A stretch of 64,000 nucleotides of DNA from Bacteroidia bacterium (GCA_021740845.1 JAIOYZ010000019.1:8828-72827); one strand, 5' to 3'. Positions 28,869 to 39,802 are shown, counted from the first letter of the stretch. The notes: generated by a model not told the origin, from the letters alone. Translations and numbers: made by a program.

Positions 28869-31598
28869 TTACTGCTTAATGAAATTTATATGGGTGTATT
28901 TTGAGTCTGATTTGAGTCTAAAAATATAGGTTCCTGGAAGCAAATTACGGATAGAAATTGAAGTCTTATTTTCAGCAATTCCTTGTTGAACAATTTGTCC
29001 ATTCATTGAAACTATTTCGTAGTTGAAAGTCTTCCCTAAAGGTAAATTTAGCAAGTTAATTTCATCGCTAGCAGGATTGGGAAATAATTTTAATGCATTT
29101 ACTTCTTCTTGGTTCAAACCGGTTTTTGGATTTAAACTTTGAACATATGCTTGGAATACACCTGAGCCATAAGTTGAAACCACCATTCTTCCATCGCTTT
29201 CTCTATGATCCATCATGGTTACCACCTGGGTTCCAATAGTTGTAGCTCCTTGGCGTGTCCAGATTGTTTGCATGCCATCTATCTTTTTGGTAGCATATAA
29301 ACCGGTGCTTGTTCCCACAAAATAAACCATACTATCTAGTGTTGGTGCCAAAGTTAACCACCTGCAGCTTGGTCCATTTCCAATACCAGTTTGACTCTGC
29401 TCCAAATTACCCGAAATAGCCACCCAAGTTTGCCCTGGGTCTGAACTTTCGAAGATGCTTAATATTGTATAATTAGTAAAAACAACGTAGAGTTTACTAG
29501 TATCTTTTGGATCTTGTGTTATGCAATTAATATATCCAGAAGGGAAATTAGAACCTGTAATATTTTCTGGCTGACTAGTTAAATCTGATGCATTTCTTAA
29601 ACGGTATAAACGCCCTTTTGAAGTACCATAAAACAGTACATCATTTTGACCTTTGGAACTGTAAATACTTGTAATTTCATCTCCTGGAGTTGTTAGTTCT
29701 GTATTGTTTAGGCGAGTCCAATTGATGGCACTGGCATTGCTATCCAATTGATTTTTTAGGGGAATTCCAGTGATATCGCTGTTACGCCAAATAACATTTC
29801 CTGCTGGTGTAAACACCACTTTAAAATCATTTGCATCTGGTGTAAATGGATTTATAAACTGGTACAAATCTTTATCAACTCCTTTCGGATCCATACGAGT
29901 AAACTGTGTTGGAATTCCGTTCGCATCAAAAATCATTCTATGCATTCTTCCTTGTTGAATAGAAAGATAAGCTTCATTTCCTCCGGGCTTAATGTGGCAA
30001 AATGCACCATCGTAACTTAAGGGCATGGTCCAGTTGGATGAAGCCAATGCTATAGTAGTTAAGTAGCTTCCATTGTCTTGCAAACCTCCTAAAGTTAGAT
30101 TAGAATTGCTTCCATGGTCTAAAGCTATGGTATAAAATTGCGAGGTAGTATAACCATGGTTTAAGGATTCCCAAACTACCTCATTTGCCATTCCATCTTG
30201 TGTTAAAGAGATGCCTCCATCGTGGAAGGAAATAATTTTGGAACTATTATTTGGATAAAAAATAATACCATGATTATCTGGATGGTGGTTGGGATAGGTT
30301 TTAAAATCGGGTAAGGTAGTTGCAAGTCCGTAGCCTCCAATCTGAGTAGATTTTGTATTGGTTTTGAACCCATCCAAAGAGCGGTATAAATTAGTTCCTC
30401 CGATATATACCACATCAGCATTATCTGGTTTTACATTTACTTCAAGGCAGTAACCTCCCTGTGAAATATAATCGCCAAAAGCGCCACCAAATGAAGGAAG
30501 ATTGCTGCTTCTATCTTCCCAAGTTGCGCCTGCTCCGGTACCATCGCCACTTAAATAGGTATATTTCCAAAAGCTATTGAATTCACTTTTGCCTTCAAAG
30601 GTTTTGCTTTCTTTACCAATACCAGGAGTGTTGGCAATAAAATATACTTGGTTTTCATCGCTTGGCGAAATACCAATTGAGATGCGGTTCCAAGTGGTTT
30701 GAAAACTATCTGGGGTAATGTTTGCCCAAGTTTTTCCATTGTCTGCAGAGCGCCAAATGCCTTGCTGTTGACCACCCCCAGAAAGCGTGGCGTACACAAT
30801 GCCAGTAGTAGTTATAGCTACATCTGTAAAATAACTATAAGCATTTGCTTGCGAACTGCCACCTCTTACTTTTACCCAGGATAAACCGCCATTAATGCTT
30901 CTATATATTCCATCAAAATTGGCGGCATACACTACATCAATGGAATCAATTTTTGGGTTAAGAGCCAGGCGATGAACCACCGACCAAGCACCAGAAATGC
31001 CACCTAATCCAGAAGATACATTGCCTGCTTTTTTCCAAGTATCTCCTCCATCAATGGATTTGTAAACTCCACTTCCATTGTAAAAAGCTCCTGGAATACT
31101 TCCTCCATATAATTCGCCGGTTGAAGCGTACCATGTTTTGTTTTTACTAGCTCTTTTGTCCTGAACCAAACTAGTTATATTGGCAGTTGGAACACTGTCC
31201 ATATTGGTGGCATACCAAGTAATTCCGCCATTTGTACTACGCCAAACACCACCGGTTGCAGCACCTGCTAATAATACATTTTCATCTGTAACATCAATGG
31301 CAACAGCGCGTGTTCTGCCGCCTACATTGTACGGACCAATAGATTGCCAAGTTGCAAATTTTTGTAAGGAATTATCTGATGGAAGTGTTGCAGAAAACTC
31401 CAATTCCATGGCGCGCATGTTATTGGGTATTTTCCCTGTGCTTGGATCAGCCAGCATCTTCTGCATCATTTTTAATCGTGCAGAAAGATTTTGAGTCATG
31501 CCTTCTGCCGAACCTGTTTTTAAAATTGAAAAAGGTTGAAAACAGAAAGCAATACCCACTAAGAGGAGAGCAATGAATGCAGTAAATTTATTAAGCAT
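28869..31598 (-). CDS. Secreted BNR/Asp-box (VPS10-like) beta-propeller protein with a T9SS type A sorting domain
   Basis: GPYNVGGRTRA, repeated S.DGG.TW boxes, HPDNH, GGLQDNG; C-terminus LFPNPAS...PGTYIFR...FIKQ. Confidence 0.85.
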   Translation of the reverse strand: MLNKFTAFIALLLVGIAFCFQPFSILKTGSAEGMTQNLSARLKMMQKMLADPSTGKIPNNMRAMELEFSATLPSDNSLQKFATWQSIGPYNVGGRTRAVAIDVTDENVLLAGAATGGVWRSTNGGITWYATNMDSVPTANITSLVQDKRASKNKTWYASTGELYGGSIPGAFYNGSGVYKSIDGGDTWKKAGNVSSGLGGISGAWSVVHRLALNPKIDSIDVVYAANFDGIYRSINGGLSWVKVRGGSSQANAYSYFTDVAITTTGIVYATLSGGGQQQGIWRSADNGKTWANITPDSFQTTWNRISIGISPSDENQVYFIANTPGIGKESKTFEGKSEFNSFWKYTYLSGDGTGAGATWEDRSSNLPSFGGAFGDYISQGGYCLEVNVKPDNADVVYIGGTNLYRSLDGFKTNTKSTQIGGYGLATTLPDFKTYPNHHPDNHGIIFYPNNSSKIISFHDGGISLTQDGMANEVVWESLNHGYTTSQFYTIALDHGSNSNLTLGGLQDNGSYLTTIALASSNWTMPLSYDGAFCHIKPGGNEAYLSIQQGRMHRMIFDANGIPTQFTRMDPKGVDKDLYQFINPFTPDANDFKVVFTPAGNVIWRNSDITGIPLKNQLDSNASAINWTRLNNTELTTPGDEITSIYSSKGQNDVLFYGTSKGRLYRLRNASDLTSQPENITGSNFPSGYINCITQDPKDTSKLYVVFTNYTILSIFESSDPGQTWVAISGNLEQSQTGIGNGPSCRWLTLAPTLDSMVYFVGTSTGLYATKKIDGMQTIWTRQGATTIGTQVVTMMDHRESDGRMVVSTYGSGVFQAYVQSLNPKTGLNQEEVNALKLFPNPASDEINLLNLPLGKTFNYEIVSMNGQIVQQGIAENKTSISIRNLLPGTYIFRLKSDSKYTHINFIKQ

Positions 31599-31690
31599 AA
31601 ATGTATTCTATAAAAATCAAAAATACATTTTCTTACTTAAAGCAATAGAATTATCTCAAAGCCTTTTCGGTTTGAACCAATTTCATCAGT

Positions 31691-34366
31691 TTAATTATCA
31701 TAACCCAAGTTAGGCGACAACCATTTTTCCATGTATTCCAATGATTCTCCTTTGCGCTTGGCATAGTCTTCTACTTGGTCTTTGCTAATCTTACCAACTG
31801 CAAAATACTTGCTATCTGGATGTGCAAAATAAAATCCGCTAACGGCAGCAGTTGGATACATAGCATAATTTTCTGTAAGCGTTATGCCAGTTTCTTTCTC
31901 AGCATTTAACAAATTAAACAACTTGCGTTTCTCTGTATGGTCTGGGCAAGCAGGATAACCTGGCGCAGGACGAATACTAATATATTTCTCGCGAATAATT
32001 TCTTCGTTTGTTAACTGTTCTCCTTTTCCAAATCCCCAATATTCGGTTCTAACCAACTCATGCATTTTCTCAGCAAAGGCTTCTGCTAATCTATCTGCAA
32101 TGGCCTTAATCATGATGCTATTGTAATCATCGTGGTCTGCTTCGTATTTCTCGATGAGAGGTTCAATTCCAATACCAGCTGTTACAGCAAAGAATCCCAT
32201 ATAATCTTGTTTGCCGCTTTCTATGGGTGCAACAAAATCTGCCAAACATAAATAAGGTTGATCGGCAGCTTTTTCATTTTGCTGACGTAAGAAATGGAAG
32301 CTAATTTCTTCAGAATTATTCACCTTAATTTTCACATCATCTCCATATGAATTGGCTTCATACATTCCAAAAACACCTTTTGCTTGTAATAACTTTCCTG
32401 CAATTACTTCGTCCAACATTTTATTGGCATCTTCAAATAATTTTTTGGCTTCTACACCAATAATTTTATCCTCAAAAATGCTTGGATATTTTCCTGCCAA
32501 TTCCCAAGTTAAGAAGAAAGGAGTCCAATCAATTCTCTCCCGCAGTTGCTCCAAAGGAAAATCAATCAAAGTTTTATTTCCCAAGAAAGTTGGCGCCACA
32601 ATATCCTCGTAGGTCAAGGCCATTTTCTTCGCTCGCGCTTGGTTCAAACCGACAAAATTTTTCTCTTTTCTTCTGTTTTTATAGTCTATTCTAAACTGCT
32701 CGTATTCTGCTTTGAATTTTGCAGTAGTACCAGCCAATTGATCTTTGCTAATAAGACTTTGCGCTACAGGAACACTTTTACTTGCATCCAATACATGTAC
32801 TACGGGGCCGCTATAAACTGGATCAATCTTAACAGCAGTATGTGCTCTTGAAGTAGTTGCGCCACCTATTAACAATGGAATTTTCAAGCCTAATCTTTCC
32901 ATCTCTTTGGCCACATGAACCATTTCGTCTAAGCTAGGTGTAATCAATCCACTCAAGCCAATTACATCTACTTTTTCTCTCAGGGCAGTTTCCAAAATTT
33001 TCTCCGCAGGGACCATTACCCCAATATCAATAATTTCAAAATTATTACATGCCATTACCACACCCACAATGTTCTTTCCAATATCATGCACATCACCTTT
33101 AACAGTGGCCATTAATATCTTGCCTTGTGAGGTACTTGTATCGCCAGACAATTTCTTCTCTGCATCCATATAAGGCATGAGGTAAGCCACCGCCTTTTTC
33201 ATAACACGTGCACTTTTTACAACTTGCGGTAAAAACATTTTGCCTGAACCAAACAAATCACCAACGATGTTCATCCCGGCCATCAATGGTCCTTCAATCA
33301 CTTCTAAAGGACGAGCAAATTGTTGGCGGGCTTCTTCAGTGTCCTCGTCGATAAACTCTACAATACCTTTTACCAAAGCATGGCTCAAACGCTCTGTTAC
33401 CGGTGCATTGCGCCATTCTAAATCCAATACTTTTTCTTTGCCTTTTCCTTTAACTTTCTCGGCATATTCCAATAAACGCTCAGTGGCATCGTCTCTTCTA
33501 TCTAGCAAAACATCTTCTACATGTTCTAATAAATCTTTATCAATTTGGTCGTATACTTCTAACTGACTAGGATTAACAATACCCATGGTCATACCATTTT
33601 GAATACCATGATATAAGAAGGCTGAGTGCATAGCTTCGCGCACTTTATCGTTACCACGGAAAGAGAAAGACACATTGCTCACACCACCACTAATTTTAGC
33701 ACCAGGAAGATTTTCTGTAATCCACTTGCTACCTCTAAAGAAGTCGATGGCATTTCTGCGATGTTCTTCCATGCCGGTTGCCACAGGGAAAATATTTGGA
33801 TCAAAAATGATATCTCCAGCTGGGAAATGAACTTTCTCTGTTAAGATGCGATAAGCTCTTTCTGCAATTTCAATTCTGCGCTCGTAGTTGTCTGCTTGAC
33901 CAACTTCATCAAATAGCATAACAATTACTGCGGCACCAAAACGCTTCACAATTTTTGCTTGACGAATAAATTCTTCTTCACCACCTTTCATGGAAATGGA
34001 GTTAACGATGCACTTTCCTTGCACGCATTTTAGTCCGGCCTCAATGATTTCCCATTTGGAGGAATCTATCATAATTGGAACGCGAGAGATATCTGGCTCG
34101 GAGGCAATTAAATTTAAGAAACGAACCATGGCTTCTACGCCATCAATCATTCCTTCGTCCATATTAATATCAATAACCTGCGCTCCGCCTTCTACTTGCT
34201 GGCGTGCAACGGCTAAAGCTTCTTCAAAGTTTCCTTCTTTAATCAAACGAAGGAACATTTTTGAACCGGTAACATTTGTTCGTTCACCAACATTAACAAA
34301 ATTTGTTTCTTTGGTAATTACTAGTGGCTCAAGACCTGAGAGTCGTAATGTATAATCTTTGTTCAT
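31691..34366 (-). CDS. metH: B12-dependent methionine synthase, pterin, cobalamin and reactivation domains
   Basis: [57 protein letters not shown]. Confidence 0.96.
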   Translation of the reverse strand: MNKDYTLRLSGLEPLVITKETNFVNVGERTNVTGSKMFLRLIKEGNFEEALAVARQQVEGGAQVIDINMDEGMIDGVEAMVRFLNLIASEPDISRVPIMIDSSKWEIIEAGLKCVQGKCIVNSISMKGGEEEFIRQAKIVKRFGAAVIVMLFDEVGQADNYERRIEIAERAYRILTEKVHFPAGDIIFDPNIFPVATGMEEHRRNAIDFFRGSKWITENLPGAKISGGVSNVSFSFRGNDKVREAMHSAFLYHGIQNGMTMGIVNPSQLEVYDQIDKDLLEHVEDVLLDRRDDATERLLEYAEKVKGKGKEKVLDLEWRNAPVTERLSHALVKGIVEFIDEDTEEARQQFARPLEVIEGPLMAGMNIVGDLFGSGKMFLPQVVKSARVMKKAVAYLMPYMDAEKKLSGDTSTSQGKILMATVKGDVHDIGKNIVGVVMACNNFEIIDIGVMVPAEKILETALREKVDVIGLSGLITPSLDEMVHVAKEMERLGLKIPLLIGGATTSRAHTAVKIDPVYSGPVVHVLDASKSVPVAQSLISKDQLAGTTAKFKAEYEQFRIDYKNRRKEKNFVGLNQARAKKMALTYEDIVAPTFLGNKTLIDFPLEQLRERIDWTPFFLTWELAGKYPSIFEDKIIGVEAKKLFEDANKMLDEVIAGKLLQAKGVFGMYEANSYGDDVKIKVNNSEEISFHFLRQQNEKAADQPYLCLADFVAPIESGKQDYMGFFAVTAGIGIEPLIEKYEADHDDYNSIMIKAIADRLAEAFAEKMHELVRTEYWGFGKGEQLTNEEIIREKYISIRPAPGYPACPDHTEKRKLFNLLNAEKETGITLTENYAMYPTAAVSGFYFAHPDSKYFAVGKISKDQVEDYAKRKGESLEYMEKWLSPNLGYDN

Positions 34367-34376
34367 TGTTTTTTTT

Positions 34377-34427
34377 GCTTTTAGCTATTAGCCTTTAGCC
34401 TCTGGCTGCTGGCTTCTAGCAGCTAGC
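34377..34427. repeat. 7-bp-periodic tandem tract (NNYTRGC)x7
   Basis: GC-TTTTAGC-TATTAGC-CTTTAGC-CTCTGGC-TGCTGGC-TTCTAGC-AGCTAGC. Confidence 0.8.
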
Positions 34428-34450
34428 CAATTTTTAAAAGCTTTACTAAT

Positions 34451-34816
34451 TTATAATTTATTATCCTGTTTTATTTTCAAAATCAAATTGTTTATTTGCC
34501 TTTGAATTATATTAATATCAGAAATTAATGTGGCAATATTTTCCTCACTCACAAATCCCACATCCTTACATAATATTAATTGTGTTTCTAATTCAAAAGA
34601 GGAGCCAATTGCCATCTCTAAAAATCGTTTGAACTCCACATCACTAGTTCTACTCGTTCCTTCAGCAATGTTCGAAGGAATTGAAATTGCTGCTCTGCAG
34701 ATCTGAGAAACCAACCCAAATTTTTCTTCTTTAGGCAAAATAATGGAAAATTGATAAACGTGTTTAACCAATTCCATTCCTAATCTCCAAACCTCATATT
34801 TTTTAAAATCTCTCAT
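34451..34816 (-). CDS. Four-helix-bundle protein (23S rRNA IVP / bAvd-like family)
   Basis: F....VW, LP.EEKFGL.SQ..RAA.SIPSNIAEG..R, RFL..A.GS..ELETQL. Confidence 0.92.
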   Translation of the reverse strand: MRDFKKYEVWRLGMELVKHVYQFSIILPKEEKFGLVSQICRAAISIPSNIAEGTSRTSDVEFKRFLEMAIGSSFELETQLILCKDVGFVSEENIATLISDINIIQRQINNLILKIKQDNKL

Positions 34817-34860
34817 AATTATTCCTTATCGCAAGCCATTTTCCTATGTATATATAAATA

Positions 34861-34890
34861 GCTAGATGCTAGGCGCCAGAAGCTAGATGC
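34861..34890. repeat. 7-bp-periodic tract in inverted orientation, overlapping the Hcy-methyltransferase stop codon
   Basis: GCTAGAT-GCTAGGC-GCCAGAA-GCTAGAT-GC; 34875-34890 is the exact reverse complement of 35911-35926. Confidence 0.8.
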
Positions 34891-35876
34891 AATATCCTAG
34901 GTGAATAATTTGAGGCCATATCAGCAATTGCTTTGATGTGGTCTGGAGTTGTGCCGCAGCAGCCGCCGAGGATGTTTACCAATCCTTCTTTGCAAAATTC
35001 TTCTACTTGCTTGGCCATTGCAGCAGGACTTTCATCGTATTCTCCAAACTCATTGGGTAAGCCGGCATTTGGGTATGCACTCACAAAGAAATCGGATTTG
35101 CCAGACAGCACTTGTAAATAGGGTCTTAGTGCACTTGCACCCAAAGCACAGTTTAAACCAATGCTTAATAATGGCATGTGTTGCATGCTTATTAAAAATG
35201 CTTCTGTGGTTTGACCCGACAAGGTTCTTCCTGATGCATCGGTGATGGTACCAGAAATCATTACTGGGTAATGTTTGCCTAATTCTTCAAATAATTCATC
35301 AACAGCGTACAATGCAGCTTTAGCATTAAGTGTATCGAAGATGGTTTCTATTAAAAGTAAATCTGCACCACCTTCTAATAATTTACGAGCTTGTTGTTTG
35401 TATGCACTTACTAATTCATCAAAGGTAACGGCTCTGTAACCAGGGTCATTTACATCAGGACTTAATGACAAGGTTCTATTAGTTGGACCCATGGCACCAG
35501 CTACAAAACGAGGTTTGGCAGGGTTTAAGGCTGTAACTTCTACGGCTACTTCTTTAGCAATCTTAGCAGATTCAAAGTTAATTTTGTCAACCCAATCCTG
35601 ACCCAAATCGTAATCTGCTTGAGCGATAACGGTACCACTGAAGGTATTTGTTTCGATGATATCTGCACCTGCATCGAAGTATTGACGATGAATTGCTTTG
35701 ATAACATCGGGTCTGGTAAACGACAATAAATCGTTGTTGCCTTTTAAAGGTTTCGGATGATTTTGAAGACCATCGTTTCTAAAATCTTTCTCTTCTAGAC
35801 TGTAGCGTTGGATCATGGTACCCATTGCTCCATCTAAGATGAGAATTCGTTGTTTTAATATTTCGCGTATGTTCAT
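34869..35876 (-). CDS. metH: Homocysteine S-methyltransferase domain (N-terminal module of split MetH)
   Basis: [58 protein letters not shown]; start moved to ATG 35876. Confidence 0.93.
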   Translation of the reverse strand: MNIREILKQRILILDGAMGTMIQRYSLEEKDFRNDGLQNHPKPLKGNNDLLSFTRPDVIKAIHRQYFDAGADIIETNTFSGTVIAQADYDLGQDWVDKINFESAKIAKEVAVEVTALNPAKPRFVAGAMGPTNRTLSLSPDVNDPGYRAVTFDELVSAYKQQARKLLEGGADLLLIETIFDTLNAKAALYAVDELFEELGKHYPVMISGTITDASGRTLSGQTTEAFLISMQHMPLLSIGLNCALGASALRPYLQVLSGKSDFFVSAYPNAGLPNEFGEYDESPAAMAKQVEEFCKEGLVNILGGCCGTTPDHIKAIADMASNYSPRILHLASGA

Positions 35877-35880
35877 GTTA

Positions 35881-35926
35881 TTAGCTTTAGGCAAAGGCTT
35901 CTGGCTTCTGGCATCTAGCTTCTGGC
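35881..35926. repeat. 7-bp-periodic tract in the metH leader
   Basis: TTAGC-TTTAGGC-AAAGGC-TTCTGGC-TTCTGGC-ATCTAGC-TTCTGGC. Confidence 0.78.
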
Positions 35927-36027
35927 ATAATTGCAAGAAACAAAAAGCAAGAGGCTATTTGCATTATTTCTTTCCAAAAATTCGTCTGATTTTGTGTTTG
36001 AAGGTTACCTAAAGGAGACCGAATCAT

Positions 36028-36142
36028 TCACTTATCAGCATTCGGGGGAGAACCCTCGAAAAAGGTATTAGCACTATCTGCTGGTTAGCCGACTTGCCAA
36101 GACATCATTGGGCCTATTCCCTCCGTCTTTCTGGATAAGTGA
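36028..36142 (-). promoter_or_regulatory. SAM-I (S-box) riboswitch
   Basis: Minus strand TCACTTATCCAGAAAGACGGAGGGAATAGGCCCAATGATGTCTTGGCAA...GTGCTAAT...GATAAGTGA; P1 closes perfectly; TATATTTG lies just upstream (36152-36145); leads into metH. Confidence 0.9.
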
Positions 36143-36392
36143 GGCAAATATATACGTTTTATCTATTTATATAAAACTTTAAATGGAAGAGGAAAAAAAT
36201 CAATCTAAAATACTTTAAAGGCCTTTTGGTTCAAACCGAAACCTGCAAAAGCATTGTTGAATTTGGGGACAAGCGGTGGATAAGCCCCTTGAAAGACAAG
36301 GCGATTTGTTATTAAACCAACAATAATTCAGCACTTTAGCTATTAATCCAAATATTAGTTATACTTTTGCGCCTCAATTTTAATAAAGTACT

Positions 36393-38336
36393 TTGAAAAA
36401 TTTTAGTGATTTAGGCGTAGAGCAGTCCCTCTTGAATGCGATTCAAGAACTGGGTTTTGAGAACCCAACGCCTATACAGGAGCAGACAATCCCTGTATTT
36501 TTAGAAACCGGACGCGACATTTTAGGATTAGCCCAGACGGGCACCGGTAAAACAGCAGCATTTGGCCTGCCTATTTTGCAGTTGCTTGACCCTTCTGCCA
36601 AGCATATCCAATCTTTGATTATTTGTCCTACTCGCGAACTTTGCATGCAAATTTCTCGCGATCTTGCTAGTTATAGCAAACACAAGCCAGGTATTAACAC
36701 CGTAGCAGTTTATGGTGGTGCTAGTATTGAGCGCCAAATCAGTGACATTAGACGTGGAGCACATATTATTGTTGCAACTCCAGGCCGTTTAATGGATTTA
36801 ATGAAACGTAAAGCCATCAACATTAACCAAGTTAATTTTGTGGTTTTAGATGAAGCAGATGAAATGTTGAACATGGGCTTTGAAGAGGATGTAGAATACA
36901 TTCTTGGTCATACCCCAGAAACAAAACGCGTTTGTTTATTTAGTGCTACCATGCCTAAAGCCATTCGTAACATTGCCAACAGGTATATGAACGATGCAGT
37001 TGAAATTAGTGTAGGTAAATCTAACTCGGGTAATGTTAACATTACTCACCAATATTCTGTGGTACATGCCAGAGATAAATATGCAGCCTTAAAACGTTAT
37101 GTTGATTTTAACTCAGATAACTTGTATTGCATTATCTTTTGTACTACTAAAAATGAAACTCAAGATATCAGCGATAAGTTGATTAAAGACGGTTACAATG
37201 CCGATTGTTTGCACGGAGATTTAAGTCAGGCACAACGCGAAAAGGTAATGAACCGTTTTCGTCACCATGCCATTAAAATTCTTTTGGCAACAGACGTAGC
37301 AGCAAGAGGAATTGATGTGAGTGGATTAACTCATGTTATCCATTTCCATTTACCAGATGATATTGAAAATTACACACACCGTAGCGGAAGAACCGGACGT
37401 GCAGGTAAATTAGGGGTTTCCTTTACTTTACTTCATATGCGTGAAGGTGGAAGATTGAAAGATATTGAGCGTATTAGTAATATCAAATTTGAAAAAGTTT
37501 TGATACCAAGTGCGCAAGATGTTCGCGATAAAAAATTAGTTGCCTTTACCGATACCATTATCAATACTGAGATTGAAGAAAGCATTTTCGACACTCAAGT
37601 AATGGGAAGCTTAACTAGCTTAATGGAATTAGAAAAGGAAGAGTTATTGAAGAAATTCTTATCTCTTGAGTTGCGCAGATTCTCTGTAGATTTTGCCAAC
37701 GAACCAGACTTAAATTCATCTGCTGGAGCTAGCGACCGTGGAGCCAGAGATGGCGGTGGAAGAGCTGCAAGAGGAACTAGAATTTTTGTTAGCTTAGGTA
37801 AGAAAGACGGATTTGATATTCGTAGTTTCAAAGACTGGGTTGCAGAAGCATCTAATGTTTCTTGGAAAGATTTACATGTTGATGTAAGTGGTGTTTACAG
37901 TTTTGTAGATGCTAAAGACGAAAATGTGGCAAGTATTGTTGCTTCTTTAAATGGAACTACTTACAAAGATCGCCCAGTGCGCGCTGAAGTTAGTGGCGAC
38001 AAGAGAAGTGGTGGCGGTTCATTTGGCGGTGGAGAAAGAAGAAGCAGAGGCGGTTCTTTTGAAGGCGGCGGTGATAGAAGAAGAAGCGGCGGATCTTACG
38101 AAGGTGGCGGCGATAGAAGAAGTAGTGGTTCTTATGAAGGTGGTGGCGATAGAAGAAGAAGTAGCAGTTCTTCAGACGATAGACCACCACGTACATTTGG
38201 CGGCGGAGAAGGTAGAAGTAGAGACACAGCTAGAAGATCTGAAGGCAGCAGCTTTGGCGGCGACAGAAGAAGAAGCGAAAACAGAGGAGAAGGTAGTCGC
38301 GGTGGCGAAAGAAGACCAAGACGTAGAATGGATTAA
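36393..38336 (+). CDS. DEAD-box RNA helicase (DeaD/CsdA-like) with DbpA RNA-binding domain and an RG/S-rich tail
   Basis: AQTGTGKT, PTREL, TPGR, DEAD, SAT, ARGID, HRSGRTGR; tail repeats GS(F/Y)EGGGDRR. Confidence 0.95.
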   Translation: MKNFSDLGVEQSLLNAIQELGFENPTPIQEQTIPVFLETGRDILGLAQTGTGKTAAFGLPILQLLDPSAKHIQSLIICPTRELCMQISRDLASYSKHKPGINTVAVYGGASIERQISDIRRGAHIIVATPGRLMDLMKRKAININQVNFVVLDEADEMLNMGFEEDVEYILGHTPETKRVCLFSATMPKAIRNIANRYMNDAVEISVGKSNSGNVNITHQYSVVHARDKYAALKRYVDFNSDNLYCIIFCTTKNETQDISDKLIKDGYNADCLHGDLSQAQREKVMNRFRHHAIKILLATDVAARGIDVSGLTHVIHFHLPDDIENYTHRSGRTGRAGKLGVSFTLLHMREGGRLKDIERISNIKFEKVLIPSAQDVRDKKLVAFTDTIINTEIEESIFDTQVMGSLTSLMELEKEELLKKFLSLELRRFSVDFANEPDLNSSAGASDRGARDGGGRAARGTRIFVSLGKKDGFDIRSFKDWVAEASNVSWKDLHVDVSGVYSFVDAKDENVASIVASLNGTTYKDRPVRAEVSGDKRSGGGSFGGGERRSRGGSFEGGGDRRRSGGSYEGGGDRRSSGSYEGGGDRRRSSSSSDDRPPRTFGGGEGRSRDTARRSEGSSFGGDRRRSENRGEGSRGGERRPRRRMD

Positions 38337-38358
38337 TTTCCTTTTATAAATTTATATC

Positions 38359-38390
38359 AAACCCGGAGCTGCAAAGTTTCCGGGTTTTTT
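38359..38390 (+). terminator. Intrinsic terminator of the helicase gene
   Basis: AAACCCGGAGCT-GCAA-AGTTTCCGGGTTTTTT. Confidence 0.85.
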
Positions 38391-38555
38391 CTTGTCATTT
38401 CGGTTTGAACCAAGCTTATTTTTAAGTTAGAAGAAAGGAATAAAAATTAAACCCGGCCTATAAAGTTATGGGTTCATTTTTTGTTTTTTTCGGTTTGAAC
38501 CAAGCCTGTTTTTTAGTAAAAAAAAATAGAAAAAAGTGAATTTGGAGGTTTTGAA

Positions 38556-38631
38556 TTGACGGAAATTAGTTGAATTCCGTCAGTTGATTGACGGAAATTA
38601 GTTGAATTCCGTCAGTTGGTTGACGGAAATT
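38556..38631. repeat. 32-bp tandem repeat (about 2.4 copies), each unit palindromic
   Basis: TTGACGGAAATTAGTTGAATTCCGTCAGTTG(A/G) twice plus TTGACGGAAATT; arms TGACGGAA and TTCCGTCA. Confidence 0.9.
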
Positions 38632-38671
38632 GGGATTTTTTGTATATTTGTTGAAGGAAAGGACTACCAAA

Positions 38672-39802
38672 ATGAGCATCGAAAGATACCTTCTGAAGGA
38701 TTTATACAAACAACTTAAACCCAATAAAGTATTGGTTTTACTGGGTGCGAGGAGAGTTGGAAAAACTAAACTAATTGAAAATCTACTCTCGGAAATCACG
38801 GAAAAATACCTTTTTCTAAATGGAGATGATGTAGACACCCATCATTTGTTGGATATTCAGAGTACAGCAAACTACAAAAGGATTTTGGGAGACTATAAAC
38901 TTTTAGTTATAGATGAAGCCCAGGAAATACAGAATATTGGCAAAAAGTTGAAATTGATGGTGGATACCATTCCAGATTTAAAGGTATTAATTACAGGATC
39001 TTCTGCCTTCGAAATAAACAATCAAACAGGAGAGCCATTGGTGGGCAGAATGAAAACGCTTTACTTATTTCCTTTGGCCCAATTAGAATTTTCTAAACAA
39101 GAAACACCCATTCAAACCAAAGGAAATTTAGAAGAGCGTTTAATCTTTGGCTCTTACCCCGAACTGAGCAGTTTAGAAAACAGGGAAGATAAAATTAGCT
39201 ATTTAAAAGAAATGGTAAACAACCATTTATTAAGAGATATTTTGGCTTTTGAAGGAGTAAAGAAAAGAGACAAAATTATTAGTCTTTTACAAATTCTTGC
39301 TTTTAGAACAGGCAGTGAAATTTCCTTGGAAAATATTGGTCGTGAATTGCAGATAAGTAAAAACACCGTTGAGAAATACCTAGACTTATTCTCAAAAGTA
39401 TTTATCATCTATAGTGTTTCTGGATTTAGCAGAAATAGGGACAATGAAATAACCAAAATGAAGAAATGGTATTTTGTAGACAATGGAATTAGGAATGCTT
39501 TAATCAATGCATTTAATCCATTAAATATGAGAGAAGACACAGGGAAATTATGGGAGAACTATCTGAATTCGGAAAGGATTAAAAAGCTAAATTATACCCG
39601 AGTAGAGTATTTCGATTATTTTTGGAGAACCCATACCAAACAAGAGATAGACCGAATTGAGGAAGTAAATTCGGCACTTTTTGCCTTTGAATACAAATGG
39701 GGAAAACCTAATTTTAAAATCCCTTCAGAGTTTAATAAATCCTATCCAGACGCAAGTTTTGAGGTGATAAACCAAGAAAATTATCTGAGTTTCATCTGCT
39801 AA
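38672..39802 (+). CDS. AAA_14 ATPase with DUF4143 C-terminal domain
   Basis: GARRVGKT, VIDEAQ, TGSS, EPLVGR, FGSYPE, YFVDNGIRN, LWEN, EID..E, FEYKW; ATG 38672 follows TATATTTG. Confidence 0.92.
   Translation: MSIERYLLKDLYKQLKPNKVLVLLGARRVGKTKLIENLLSEITEKYLFLNGDDVDTHHLLDIQSTANYKRILGDYKLLVIDEAQEIQNIGKKLKLMVDTIPDLKVLITGSSAFEINNQTGEPLVGRMKTLYLFPLAQLEFSKQETPIQTKGNLEERLIFGSYPELSSLENREDKISYLKEMVNNHLLRDILAFEGVKKRDKIISLLQILAFRTGSEISLENIGRELQISKNTVEKYLDLFSKVFIIYSVSGFSRNRDNEITKMKKWYFVDNGIRNALINAFNPLNMREDTGKLWENYLNSERIKKLNYTRVEYFDYFWRTHTKQEIDRIEEVNSALFAFEYKWGKPNFKIPSEFNKSYPDASFEVINQENYLSFIC

Noticed and set aside
34451-34816. Diversity-generating retroelement or rRNA intervening sequence
   Set aside because: No reverse transcriptase, TR/VR pair or rRNA gene in the window.
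31691-35876. metH disrupted into a pseudogene by an insertion
   Set aside because: Both parts are intact, split at a domain boundary, and two-gene MetH is known in Bacteroidota.
36276-36284. DnaA box or replication origin
   Set aside because: Single imperfect match, no cluster and no origin-associated genes.
37951-38349. 132-aa overlapping ORF in the helicase tail
   Set aside because: Shadow frame of the repetitive GGDRR-coding region.
38556-38631. CRISPR array
   Set aside because: The 32-bp units are directly adjacent with no unique spacers, and no cas genes are present.
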